Shown here: in pieces, positions 1-8,464 of the stretch
How the letters are laid out: every line of letters begins with the position of its first letter
Position numbering within the stretch: the stretch's first letter is position 1
NCBI GenBank assembly: GCA_044356295.1
Contig: JBIKWN010000075.1
Coordinates: forward strand, 1-11,235
Source of the DNA: Bdellovibrionota bacterium
GTDB taxonomy: Bacteria > Bdellovibrionota_C > UBA2361 > JBIKWN01
Direction of reading: 5' to 3'
DNA: 11,235 nucleotides
Program-made: the position numbers and the translations under genes
Notes under the pieces: generated by a model
The model's input: only the letters and a program-made list of their open reading frames with translations
What the model was told of the DNA's origin: nothing
Databases searched by the model: none

Positions 1-475
1 CCTGTAACTTGACGGTATCACCAACTCGTTTTATGGCTTGCATTCGTTCAAGTTCAAAAAAAACAGTGTAGGGACTTATCTCTTTTGAAACGCTTTCGAC
101 GAGTGCAGTGAACTCACAATCAATTCCTTCAAACTTAAGCGGTCGAGGTTTATTGTGTTTATTTTTAAATTTTTTTGAAAGTTGCCACTGTCCTATTATC
201 CGCGTCAGTACTGCACTCTTATCATGAAGCTTTGAATCACCTTGTAAAAGCCGTGTGGCTTCTGCGCGGTGGACTCCGGTCATAATTGAAACTTTGCTTG
301 CATTCACTTCAGCATCAGCCTCTGCAAGAAGCTTTTGCGATTCATGGACTAATGCTTGTTTTAGTATCTCAATGATTTCAGGCAGTTTGAGCCCATGGCG
401 CAGCATAAAGCGCAGTAAAGGGGATAAAAGAGATTGGGCAGCTCGTTGGAGTGCCGTACCAGAACCAAACGACAT
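1..475 (-). CDS. DUF6502-family protein (putative HTH-containing), partial, runs off window start
   Basis: Manual translation from ATG at 475 is open for 158 codons to the window edge: MSFGSGTALQRAAQSLLSPLLRFMLRHGLKLPEIIEILKQALVHESQKLLAEADAEVNASKVSIMTGVHRAEATRLL...IIGQW...KPRPLKFEG...FTALVESVSKEISPYTVFFELERM. The motifs LLxPLxRxxLRHG, SxxSxxTGVHR, W...PRPL, FxxLVxxVS match my recollection of DUF6502. Not in the supplied ORF track because its stop lies outside the window. Confidence 0.8.
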   Translation of the reverse strand, partial: MSFGSGTALQRAAQSLLSPLLRFMLRHGLKLPEIIEILKQALVHESQKLLAEADAEVNASKVSIMTGVHRAEATRLLQGDSKLHDKSAVLTRIIGQWQLSKKFKNKHNKPRPLKFEGIDCEFTALVESVSKEISPYTVFFELERMQAIKRVGDTVKLQ

Positions 476-481
476 ATAAGT

Positions 482-490
482 AATGTATCA
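482..490 (-). promoter_or_regulatory. Extended -10 promoter (TG-A-TACATT) of the DUF6502-like gene, leaderless geometry
   Basis: Minus strand reads TGATACATT-acttat-ATG: hexamer at 487-482, 6 nt before the ATG, no SD. Confidence 0.5.
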
Positions 491-521
491 AAAATAAGTG
501 TAAAAATCTAGCACTATTTTG

Positions 522-579
522 TTGACATGTGCTCCTGGGTCGATTAATTTACTGTCAAACTTTAACATTATTTAAGGAG
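522..579 (+). promoter_or_regulatory. Sigma70-type promoter and RBS for the DUF4397 lipoprotein
   Basis: TTGACA (522-527), 17 nt spacer, TAATTT (545-550); AAGGAG at 574-579, 5 nt before ATG 585. Confidence 0.55.
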
Positions 580-584
580 CTTCC

Positions 585-1253
585 ATGAAACATCTTTTAT
601 TAACAGCTTTTTGTGCTCTTGGTCTTGCCGCTTGCGGAGGATCAGATAGTAACGAAGCGCTTTTGCGAGTAGTTCATAATAGTCCTGATGCACCTGCTGT
701 CGATGTCCGAGTCAATGGCGGTAATGTGTTAGAAGATGTTACCTACCTTACTGCATCAGATTTTCTCTCGGTCAATGAGGGCAAAACCCAAATTCAAGTC
801 CTTGTTGCTGGGACTGATACTGCAGTTATCAATGCAGACCTCAATTTGGCGAAAGATACAAAGTATACCGTACTTGCTTCAAACCTTGTAAGCAAAATTC
901 AACCATTTGTTCTTGAGACAACGAAAGATACTCCAATGGATGGTAATCTGTTTGTTCGAGTGTCGCATGGAGCACCATCTGCACCAGCAGTTGATATCTA
1001 TGTAACTGCGCCTGGTGCAAATTTAAGCAATAGCACGCCCGTTTTAAAAGCAGTTCCGTTTGGTACAACTTCAGGCTATCTTGAGATACCACAGGGCGAC
1101 TATCAGTTAAGAGTTACTGTTGCAGGAACAAAGACTGTGGCGATTGATTCAGGAGCTGTTTCACTTGCGTCAGGTAAAATACTTACGGTTCTTGCGCGTG
1201 ATGCTGTTGGAGCCGGTGCGCCATTCTCTTTAGGTATTCTTGAAGAGCAATAA
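585..1253 (+). CDS. DUF4397-domain lipoprotein (two tandem DUF4397-like repeats)
   Basis: Signal peptide II with lipobox LAA-C; two repeats LRVVHNSPDAPAVDVRV and VRVSHGAPSAPAVDIYV typical of DUF4397; strong SD. Confidence 0.85.
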   Translation: MKHLLLTAFCALGLAACGGSDSNEALLRVVHNSPDAPAVDVRVNGGNVLEDVTYLTASDFLSVNEGKTQIQVLVAGTDTAVINADLNLAKDTKYTVLASNLVSKIQPFVLETTKDTPMDGNLFVRVSHGAPSAPAVDIYVTAPGANLSNSTPVLKAVPFGTTSGYLEIPQGDYQLRVTVAGTKTVAIDSGAVSLASGKILTVLARDAVGAGAPFSLGILEEQ

Positions 1254-1285
1254 CATTTATCTATCAAAACATAACGGACGTAATT

Positions 1286-1801
1286 ATGAAAACAAAATAT
1301 ATCAAAGCATTCTTGATTCTATGTACGCTCTTTGTATCAACGCAGGTTGTGTTTGCGATGGGTCGACCACCATATGCTGCAGAGCTCAAAAGCACAGTTG
1401 GTGAACGTACAAAGGAAGCAATCGCCAATAAGGGTTGTCTTGCGAAAGATGATTACTTAGATGTGACATCAGAGTATAGAAACCTTTTAAAGATGAGACC
1501 GATAAAGAATGTATATGTGACGATGACTGTTCTTTATCAAGGGAAAGATGCGAAAGGAACTCGTACTATTACCCTTGGTGTGGGAAAGAAAACGAATAAT
1601 GAGGGGCGTGTGCCACTTTCCTTTACAATTCGTGGTCTTGAACGTCAGGTCAAGAAATTACTTCGCCAAGATAGCTTTTATAAGGGGGTAGAGCTGGTAG
1701 GTGGCCCTATTGAGCTCTCATTCCTTACCCAAGATACGCTGTCTCGCTCTGTTCGATACACGCCCAGAAAGCCTATCGTTCTTAAGCTTTGTGAATCGTA
1801 G
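1286..1801 (+). CDS. Hypothetical secreted protein
   Basis: 171-aa ORF 32 nt downstream of the lipoprotein gene on the same strand; Sec-type signal (MKTKYIK, hydrophobic core, VFA cleavage-like site); Lys/Arg-rich mature part; no family recognised. Confidence 0.7.
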   Translation: MKTKYIKAFLILCTLFVSTQVVFAMGRPPYAAELKSTVGERTKEAIANKGCLAKDDYLDVTSEYRNLLKMRPIKNVYVTMTVLYQGKDAKGTRTITLGVGKKTNNEGRVPLSFTIRGLERQVKKLLRQDSFYKGVELVGGPIELSFLTQDTLSRSVRYTPRKPIVLKLCES

Positions 1802-1813
1802 GTAGTATTATTT

Positions 1814-1863
1814 TTCCGCGCGTTTGAATTTATTTTTTAGATAGGTTCGACGTGCGGAGTTTT
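1814..1863 (+). terminator. Probable intrinsic terminator of the 585-1801 operon
   Basis: TTCCGCGCGTTTGAA...TTCGACGTGCGGAG forms a GC-rich stem (with G-U pairs and one bulge) followed by TTTT, 12 nt after the stop codon. Confidence 0.5.
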
Positions 1864-1984
1864 ACATACTGACTGTGAAGATCGACGATTTTGGTACTGG
1901 GTAACTTTTATTGTGAGTTAAGCTAACGAAAGTATTAAGTAATCCGTGTTACCTTGTACCAATTATTTCATCTCGAAATCCACC

Positions 1985-4246
1985 CTAATACCTCGGCGAA
2001 GTCGGAGCTCTTCCAATATTAAAATAAACTGATTGTTCTCCACCCTCGGTAAATCCGATACCTATATAAGCAGGAAGCAAAGGTGTATCAAATCCTATAA
2101 ACGTCGATCCTGACCACAGTAGCCCAGGGTCATCAAGTTGACTATTATCCATTTGATATCTACCGAGCTCTACAGATCCACCTAGATACACTCCCATACC
2201 GAGTGGTCCAGAACCTGACTCTAAAATTTTACGATAAGGAATAACACGCAACAAATTGTAGTCAGTTGCAAGAAGAGAACTTGATCTTAATCCGCTAACA
2301 TCTAGGAAACCACCAAGAGAATACGCCCTTTCAATCGGTAAACTCCCAGGAGAATAAAAATGTTCAGATGTAATTTGAAAATGATTACGACCATCGTTAA
2401 ACGGAAGCCTAGTCTGACCGTGTAAATACTCGAAATTTTTATTCGATCCTAGACCATCTCGTGCGATTCTATTTTCGATTTTCGCTAAAAACCCTTTTGT
2501 TGCAAAATCAGCATCATCAAGAGAGTCATACCCAACACGTGAAACCATTTCACCTATATCAAAATCAGCTTCAGGTAATAATGGGCTTCCGATTTTTCTT
2601 TCTACTTGCCCAGATCCGATCAAATAACCGATCGAAGCTTCGGAAGAAGTTGTTGGATCCACACCAAGTCTAACTCCAATTTCTTCTCGTCCCCTTAAAT
2701 ATCTGGCAATTGTTTCATTTTGATTGTCAGATAAATTTAGATTTCGTCTCATTATAGTAAGTTCTGGCATCACAAAAAGCGAACTCCCGTTCCAAAATGG
2801 CTGCCTAAGATATGTTTCAATTCCATTTGATCGACCGATTTGTGCGGTTATATCCAGGGAGGCATCAGCATCATTCAAATGGTTAATATGGTAATTTCCA
2901 GCAAGAGTATAAAAACTGTCCCCAGAAAAATCATCTTCTAGATTCATTCCAAAACGAACATATTCTGGAAACCAAGATTTTTCTGATACTGAATATGTAA
3001 CTTCTTGTGTTCCATCATCTTTCCTTTGGGTCGTATAACTTGCTCGAGAAAAAGCTCCTAAGTGATGTAAACTTGCTATATCATTTTCAATAACTGAACG
3101 ATCAAATAAATCTCCGGATTTTGTTTTAACTATATTTTCCAAGTATTCTTGGCTAAAATTGGAATGGTTATCAAACTTTACAGAAGATACAATTCCAACC
3201 TTGTCTTCTATTATGGGTGTTCGTTTATGTATGAGTTCGTCATATATAGATGGTGAAATTGAATGTTTTTTTAATTTTTCGATGTTATTTTGAGCAGCTT
3301 TTAGACCTCTCTCCATAATTTCCTTGCCTGACATAAAATCAGACGCGGAAAATCCATTTAAATCAACTTGAATGAGAATATCTTTTGGAGACAAAAATCC
3401 TCTTTGTATCGTGGAATTTTGCTCTAATAAAAGAGATAGTATCTGCCCAGAAATTGACAATAGCGACGTTAGATCTTTTGCTTTCTTAAAATCAGCCGGA
3501 AGATCTACTGCAATTACAATATCAGCACCCATTTCTTTTACAACTGATATTGGTAAATTATTGGCAATACCACCGTCCACTAACATTTTTCCTTCCATCT
3601 CCATCGGTGAAAAAACACCTGGAACCGCCATACTTGCTCGAGCAGCGAATGCTAGGTCTCCTGAAGAAATTTCTACCGGCTTGCCAGTTTCTATATCTGC
3701 GGCAATTGCTCTAAAAGGTATAGGTAATTTATCAAAGTCTGTTGGAAGTCGGTATTTATTATAAAGCTTTTGTAGAACTGGAAGTACTTTTTGTCCTTCT
3801 ATTATACTCAAAGGAACAGTACTGGCATTTTCCGATAGTCCAATCCTTGCAGTACCCAATACTTCACGATTAACTCCTGGCTTTAATCTATATGGTATTA
3901 AATCTCGCGGAATACTTTCGTTAAAAAGGGCAGCCCAATCTAATTCTCCTAATATTGACTCGAGTTCATCTGGAGTTCGTCCCGCTGCATATGCAGCTCC
4001 AACAATTGCCCCCATGCTTGTTCCAGCAATCATGTCTACGGGAATCTTTTCCTTTTCTAAAATTCGAAGAACTCCAATATGTGCAAAACCAAGTGCTCCG
4101 CCACCAGAAAGAACAAGACCAATTTTTGGACGACGATAGTTTCCCACTATGTCTTTGCGTGAATCAGCATTGACGTTTTGTATATTGAAACTTATTAAAA
4201 GCAGAGAAACGAAAAACGAAAAAGCTTGTAGTGATTTTACTTGCAT
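1985..4246 (-). CDS. Patatin-like phospholipase fused to POTRA and Omp85-type beta-barrel (PlpD / type Vd-like)
   Basis: Signal peptide; patatin motifs GGGALG, GTSMG (catalytic Ser), DGG; POTRA-like segment (KSGDLFDRSVIENDIASLHHLGAFS); barrel-type C-terminal half with YSLGGFLDVSG loop and terminal strands PAYIGIG...VYFNIG. Confidence 0.9.
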   Translation of the reverse strand: MQVKSLQAFSFFVSLLLISFNIQNVNADSRKDIVGNYRRPKIGLVLSGGGALGFAHIGVLRILEKEKIPVDMIAGTSMGAIVGAAYAAGRTPDELESILGELDWAALFNESIPRDLIPYRLKPGVNREVLGTARIGLSENASTVPLSIIEGQKVLPVLQKLYNKYRLPTDFDKLPIPFRAIAADIETGKPVEISSGDLAFAARASMAVPGVFSPMEMEGKMLVDGGIANNLPISVVKEMGADIVIAVDLPADFKKAKDLTSLLSISGQILSLLLEQNSTIQRGFLSPKDILIQVDLNGFSASDFMSGKEIMERGLKAAQNNIEKLKKHSISPSIYDELIHKRTPIIEDKVGIVSSVKFDNHSNFSQEYLENIVKTKSGDLFDRSVIENDIASLHHLGAFSRASYTTQRKDDGTQEVTYSVSEKSWFPEYVRFGMNLEDDFSGDSFYTLAGNYHINHLNDADASLDITAQIGRSNGIETYLRQPFWNGSSLFVMPELTIMRRNLNLSDNQNETIARYLRGREEIGVRLGVDPTTSSEASIGYLIGSGQVERKIGSPLLPEADFDIGEMVSRVGYDSLDDADFATKGFLAKIENRIARDGLGSNKNFEYLHGQTRLPFNDGRNHFQITSEHFYSPGSLPIERAYSLGGFLDVSGLRSSSLLATDYNLLRVIPYRKILESGSGPLGMGVYLGGSVELGRYQMDNSQLDDPGLLWSGSTFIGFDTPLLPAYIGIGFTEGGEQSVYFNIGRAPTSPRY

Positions 4247-4554
4247 ATTATGAATATAAAGCTTTTAACGTGTCGTGGGATTGGGAATAAATTTGGGGAA
4301 GAAAACGAATTAAAATTAGCAATCTTTCCTAAGTTAATTAAAATAACCAATAGAGACAACCCACAAAAAGTCTAGTGGGACAAAACTGCTCGCCATCGCA
4401 CTCGAACTAAAATCGCAGTAACTTGGAGTTAGTTGGTATTTTAAATTTTCCAACCCGTACCCGTTTTCTTTGATTTCCAACCTCTCTTCTGCCAAAACGA
4501 CCGAGAAAGGAAAAACCCAGAAGAAAGCGAGAGAGATTGGACAAAGCCGTTAAG

Positions 4555-4863
4555 CTATTCCTTAAGGGTGATTATCCTATCACCAATTTCCAACTTAATC
4601 TTAGCTCCAAGCGCAGATGTGAGACCGAAAAGTGTGTGTAGTGTTATGTTAGAATGCTTTTGTGTTCGAATATCTTGGATAAGAGTTGGAGACACACCGA
4701 TCTCTTTTGCAAGTGCCCTAACAGAGATAGCTTCTGACTCCATTAAAGCAAGAACAACTTCAGACAAGCAAAGCTCTTGATATTTTTTATCAACAAGCTT
4801 TTTTCTCTTTGGAGTAGATACGAACTCTTCGTAATCACTTTTGCATTTTTTTGAGCCCTTCAT
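4555..4863 (-). CDS. XRE-family HTH antitoxin (HigA-like)
   Basis: HTH segment ISVRALAKEIGVSPTLIQDIRT...NITLHTLFGLTSALGAKIKLE; overlaps the toxin 3' end by 29 nt; AAGGAA SD upstream. Confidence 0.8.
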   Translation of the reverse strand: MKGSKKCKSDYEEFVSTPKRKKLVDKKYQELCLSEVVLALMESEAISVRALAKEIGVSPTLIQDIRTQKHSNITLHTLFGLTSALGAKIKLEIGDRIITLKE

Positions 4864-5239
4864 AGTATGTTCCTTTTTTCAATCGTTCTTCAAAGTCTTT
4901 CTTAGTCCTTAAAGCTCTATCCTTCTCACCTTGTGGAAGCTTGTCGCTTTTCTTATGAAAAGCGTTGGTGATAATTACCTTACGTCCAGTAAAGAAAAAA
5001 CAAAGAAATCTTTCAGGCTGAGGTTTAAAAGCAAAAATCTTGTCCCCCTCATTTCTGAACTTTGTAATATCACGAATTTGCCCCGTTTCTCCTAATCTCT
5101 TGGCTAAGGCTAACATGTCAGCCTTTCTATCGTCGGTCAGATCTAAAAAGAACTCGCGTGCAGGGCTATGACCTTTATCGTCATAATACCATTCGATTGT
5201 GAAAGCAGTTCCTTGGTAGAGGACAATGCGGATATCCAT
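4835..5239 (-). CDS. Type II toxin, RelE/ParE superfamily (Gp49/DUF891, HigB-like)
   Basis: Motifs YYDDKGHSPAREF, IFAFK...RFLCFF.....IITNAFHKKSDKLP typical of Gp49-like RelE toxins; lies upstream of an HTH gene (toxin-first order). Confidence 0.85.
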   Translation of the reverse strand: MDIRIVLYQGTAFTIEWYYDDKGHSPAREFFLDLTDDRKADMLALAKRLGETGQIRDITKFRNEGDKIFAFKPQPERFLCFFFTGRKVIITNAFHKKSDKLPQGEKDRALRTKKDFEERLKKGTYYEGLKKMQK

Positions 5240-5248
5240 TATATTATG

Positions 5249-5278
5249 AATGTACCATTAAAATGGTACATGATTCAA
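5249..5278 (-). promoter_or_regulatory. TA promoter with overlapping palindromic operator
   Basis: Perfect inverted repeat ATGTACCATT-AA-AATGGTACAT (5250-5271) lying within TTGAAT (5278-5273), 18 nt spacer, TG-G-TACATT (hexamer 5254-5249); ATG is 9 nt downstream. Confidence 0.7.
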
Positions 5279-5326
5279 ATATTATTTTTTCTCCTCGTAT
5301 GGCTGAAAATACTAGGTTTTACAATA

Positions 5327-5362
5327 TGGTAGCGCTATCCGTTTTGGTAGCGCCACCGTTTT
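5327..5362. repeat. Tandem pair of ~18-bp near-palindromic units forming a hairpin downstream of uvrB
   Basis: TGGTAGCGCTATCCGTTT followed by TGGTAGCGCCACCGTTTT; the two cores can pair as a 10-bp stem. Confidence 0.6.
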
Positions 5363-5370
5363 ATTACACG

Positions 5371-7380
5371 TTACGTTAACAACACAGCCTGAATTGCATG
5401 AATTTTATCCCGAAGCCCAGCAGCTTTCTCAAATTCGCGCGCAGCAGCAGCAAGGAACATCTCTTTTTTCAACTGCTCAAGATATCGTTTTTGATCTTTA
5501 GGATCTTTTGGAAGTCCTGCAAGTAGCTCCTCTGGTGGAAGCTCTTTACCGATAAAGTCTTGATCAGGGCGTTCAACTAAACTTGATTCCATGGATCGTT
5601 TCGCTGAGTACGGAATAATATTGTGAAGCCTATTATATTCAGCTTGAATCTTGCGGCGACGCTCTACTTCACCAATTGCAAGCTGCATTGAGTTTGTAAT
5701 TTTATCTGCATAAAGGATCGCTCTTCCTTCAAGGTTTCTTGCAGCTCTTCCCATTGTCTGAATCAGAGAACGATGCGAACGCAGAAACCCTTCTTTATCA
5801 GCATCTAATATTGCAACTAAAGCAACTTCAACAAGATCTAAACCTTCACGCAGTAAATTAATTCCTATCAAAACATCAAAATCACCTCGACGAAGTCCAC
5901 GAAGAATTTCAACACGTTCAATAGTATCAATATCTGAGTGCAAGTATTTCGCTTTAATCCCGATCTCTTGCATATACTTTGAAAGATCTTCACTCATGCG
6001 TTTGGTAAGTGTTGTTACCAGCACACGCTGTTTCGTCTCAATAACTTTTTTAACTTCAATTAATAAATCATCAACTTGATTAGTTGCAGGTCGAATAATG
6101 ACTTCAGGATCAAGTAGCCCTGTTGGACGATTAATTTGTTCAATAACTATACCTTCACTTCTTTGCAGCTCTTCTTCACCAGGAGTTGCAGAAACAAAAA
6201 TACATTGCCCTGTTCGTTGCCAAAATTCTTCACGGTTCAATGGTCGGTTATCAAGAGCACTTGGCAAGCGGAAACCGAAATCAACAAGAGTCATTTTTCG
6301 AGAACGATCTCCTCGGTACATTCCAGAGATTTGTGGAACAGTAATATGACTTTCATCGATCACTAAAAGGAAATCCTTAGGGAAGTAATCAATTAATGTA
6401 GCAGGTGGTAATCCTTCAGCACGTCCTGCCATATGTCTTGAATAATTTTCAATACCAGAACAAAAACCGATCTCTTCCATCAGTTCCAGATCGTACAAAG
6501 TTCGCTGTTCAAGTCGTTGTGCTTCTAATAATTTGCCAGCACGTTGCAATTCACCAAGACGCTCCTTTAACTCTGCAAAAATAAGTTTTCGGGCTTTCAC
6601 TACAGCATCAGTACCAGTGACGTAGTGGCTTACTGGATAGACAGCAACCCTCATATGCTTTGCTACAATTGCTCCTGTTATTGGATCGATCTCTGATATC
6701 TCTTCAATCTCATCACCAAAAAATAAAAGTCGTATTGCTCGTGAATCTTGATCTGAAGGGAAAATATCTATCGTTTCACCACGCACTCGGAAAGTGCCGC
6801 GCTTAAACTCAACATCCCCTCTTCCATATTGCATCGTTACAAGTTTTCGAACTAACTCTTCACGAGGAGTAATATCCCCCTTTTCAACATAGAGCATCAT
6901 TTTGAAATATTCATCAGGTGCTCCGAGTCCATAAATACAACTGACACTTGCTACAATAATAGAGTCACGACCTTCCAAAAGCGCCTTCGTAGCCGCATGA
7001 CGCATCTTGTCTATTTCTTCATTAATTGCGGAATCTTTTTCAATAAAAGTATCAGTCGAAGGAACATAAGCTTCAGGCTGATAGTAATCGTAATAACTGA
7101 CAAAATACCGAACGCGATTGCCCGGGAAAAATTCTTTAAATTCAGCATATAACTGAGCTGCTAATGTTTTGTTCGGAGCAATGATAAGCGTTGGACGCTG
7201 AACGCTCTGAATAACATTTGCAATTGTAAATGTTTTTCCAGAGCCAGTAATACCTTGCAATGTTTGGAAACGAATTCCTTGTACGAGATTATTGATAAGC
7301 TCAGGAATAGCTTGCACCTGATCCCCTGCAGGTTGGAACGGGGAAGCTAATTCAAATGGAACATCTGCTGGGGTAATCAC
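5371..7380 (-). CDS. uvrB: Excinuclease ABC subunit B
   Basis: Walker A GITGSGKT, beta-hairpin [51 protein letters not shown]-terminal UVR motif ([12 protein letters not shown]). GTG start overlaps the upstream TGA. Confidence 0.98.
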   Translation of the reverse strand: MITPADVPFELASPFQPAGDQVQAIPELINNLVQGIRFQTLQGITGSGKTFTIANVIQSVQRPTLIIAPNKTLAAQLYAEFKEFFPGNRVRYFVSYYDYYQPEAYVPSTDTFIEKDSAINEEIDKMRHAATKALLEGRDSIIVASVSCIYGLGAPDEYFKMMLYVEKGDITPREELVRKLVTMQYGRGDVEFKRGTFRVRGETIDIFPSDQDSRAIRLLFFGDEIEEISEIDPITGAIVAKHMRVAVYPVSHYVTGTDAVVKARKLIFAELKERLGELQRAGKLLEAQRLEQRTLYDLELMEEIGFCSGIENYSRHMAGRAEGLPPATLIDYFPKDFLLVIDESHITVPQISGMYRGDRSRKMTLVDFGFRLPSALDNRPLNREEFWQRTGQCIFVSATPGEEELQRSEGIVIEQINRPTGLLDPEVIIRPATNQVDDLLIEVKKVIETKQRVLVTTLTKRMSEDLSKYMQEIGIKAKYLHSDIDTIERVEILRGLRRGDFDVLIGINLLREGLDLVEVALVAILDADKEGFLRSHRSLIQTMGRAARNLEGRAILYADKITNSMQLAIGEVERRRKIQAEYNRLHNIIPYSAKRSMESSLVERPDQDFIGKELPPEELLAGLPKDPKDQKRYLEQLKKEMFLAAAAREFEKAAGLRDKIHAIQAVLLT

Positions 7381-8462
7381 CCGTTCTTAGCTGCTCTAAC
7401 TTTCTCAATACGCTCTTTCGCCATACGTACTGCGATAACTTCAGTTGCAACTCCTTCTTTTTCGGCTGTTTTTAAGCATGAAAGAACGGTGTCACCAATT
7501 TTTTCAACTTTATTTTCAACCCAAGATTTATTCCAGCCACCTTTTTCTAACTCACCGGCTACAGAAATTACGCCACCACTGTTGATCACAAAATCAGGAC
7601 AATAAAGCATTTGACGTTTTGATAACTCTTCATACATTGAAGGATCGCTTAACTGATTATTCGCAGCTCCTGCAATAATATCGCAAGATAACGAAGTAAT
7701 CGTCTTGTGATTAACTGTTTGTCCAATTGCGTTTGGAGAAAAGATTTGAGCTTTTACTGAATAAATTTCATCAAGCCCAACGACGGTTGCACCGTATTCT
7801 TTCTCTGCAGTTTCAAGTGCAGCTTTATTTGTATCACAAACAAAAACTTTTGCTTTTGCTTTTGCAAGGTGAGCAAGTAAGTACATACCAACATGCCCTA
7901 CTCCTTGAAGTGCAATTGTTCGACCAGCTAGATCTTTACTGCCGTATCTATACTCACACGCAGCTTCGATACCTCTAAATGTTCCAAGTGCAGTCCATGG
8001 CGATGGATCTCCACCTCCACCTTGTGCTGGATCAAATCCTGCAGCACACGTAGTAAATTTTCTCATCTCCATAACATCAGAGACAGAAGTTCCCATGTCT
8101 TCAGCAGTGATATATCGACCGTTTAGGTTACTTAAGCATTCACCAAATTTTTGAAAGAGTTTTTCTCTCCCAACTTTCATTGCAGGATCTGCAACGATTA
8201 CAGACTTACCGCCACCGATATTGAGTCCAGCCACTGAATTTTTGTAGGTCATCCCTTCGGATAATCGAAGAGCATCTTCAAGTGCAGCTGCATCATTGTC
8301 ATACACACGCATACGACAACCACCAAGCGCAGGGCCAAGGACAGTACTGTGGATACAGACAATCGCTTTTAATCCAACTTCTGGATATTGAAAGAACACT
8401 ACTTGCTCGTGCGCTCGTTCAACTGCGGAACAAAATGCTTTATCAGTTACTACTTGAGTCAT
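7377..8462 (-). CDS. Glu/Leu/Phe/Val dehydrogenase (leucine dehydrogenase-like)
   Basis: [44 protein letters not shown], Rossmann [31 protein letters not shown] upstream. Confidence 0.93.
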   Translation of the reverse strand: MTQVVTDKAFCSAVERAHEQVVFFQYPEVGLKAIVCIHSTVLGPALGGCRMRVYDNDAAALEDALRLSEGMTYKNSVAGLNIGGGKSVIVADPAMKVGREKLFQKFGECLSNLNGRYITAEDMGTSVSDVMEMRKFTTCAAGFDPAQGGGGDPSPWTALGTFRGIEAACEYRYGSKDLAGRTIALQGVGHVGMYLLAHLAKAKAKVFVCDTNKAALETAEKEYGATVVGLDEIYSVKAQIFSPNAIGQTVNHKTITSLSCDIIAGAANNQLSDPSMYEELSKRQMLYCPDFVINSGGVISVAGELEKGGWNKSWVENKVEKIGDTVLSCLKTAEKEGVATEVIAVRMAKERIEKVRAAKNG

Positions 8463-8464
8463 GA

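Noticed and set aside
255..479. 74-aa plus-strand ORF
   Set aside because: Antisense shadow of the DUF6502-like gene on the minus strand.
841..1092. 83-aa minus-strand ORF
   Set aside because: Lies antisense inside the DUF4397 lipoprotein gene; no recognisable features.
1802..1984. 6S RNA, hammerhead ribozyme or integron attC in the 183-bp intergenic region
   Set aside because: The 5' and 3' ends do not pair as one rod, there is no CUGANGA core, and there is no integrase or repeated cassette structure.
2461..4173. Plus-strand ORFs 2461-2673, 3372-3764, 3955-4173
   Set aside because: Antisense shadows within the patatin gene.
4330..4554. Short TTG-started minus-strand frames (about 45-53 codons) between antitoxin and patatin
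   Set aside because: No SD, no signal peptide or motif; they overlap a hairpin-rich non-coding region.
4568..4780. 70-aa plus-strand ORF
   Set aside because: Antisense to the antitoxin, with no independent support.
6098..8464. Plus-strand ORFs 6098-6349, 6136-6366, 7727-7978, 8282-8464
   Set aside because: Antisense shadows of uvrB and the dehydrogenase.
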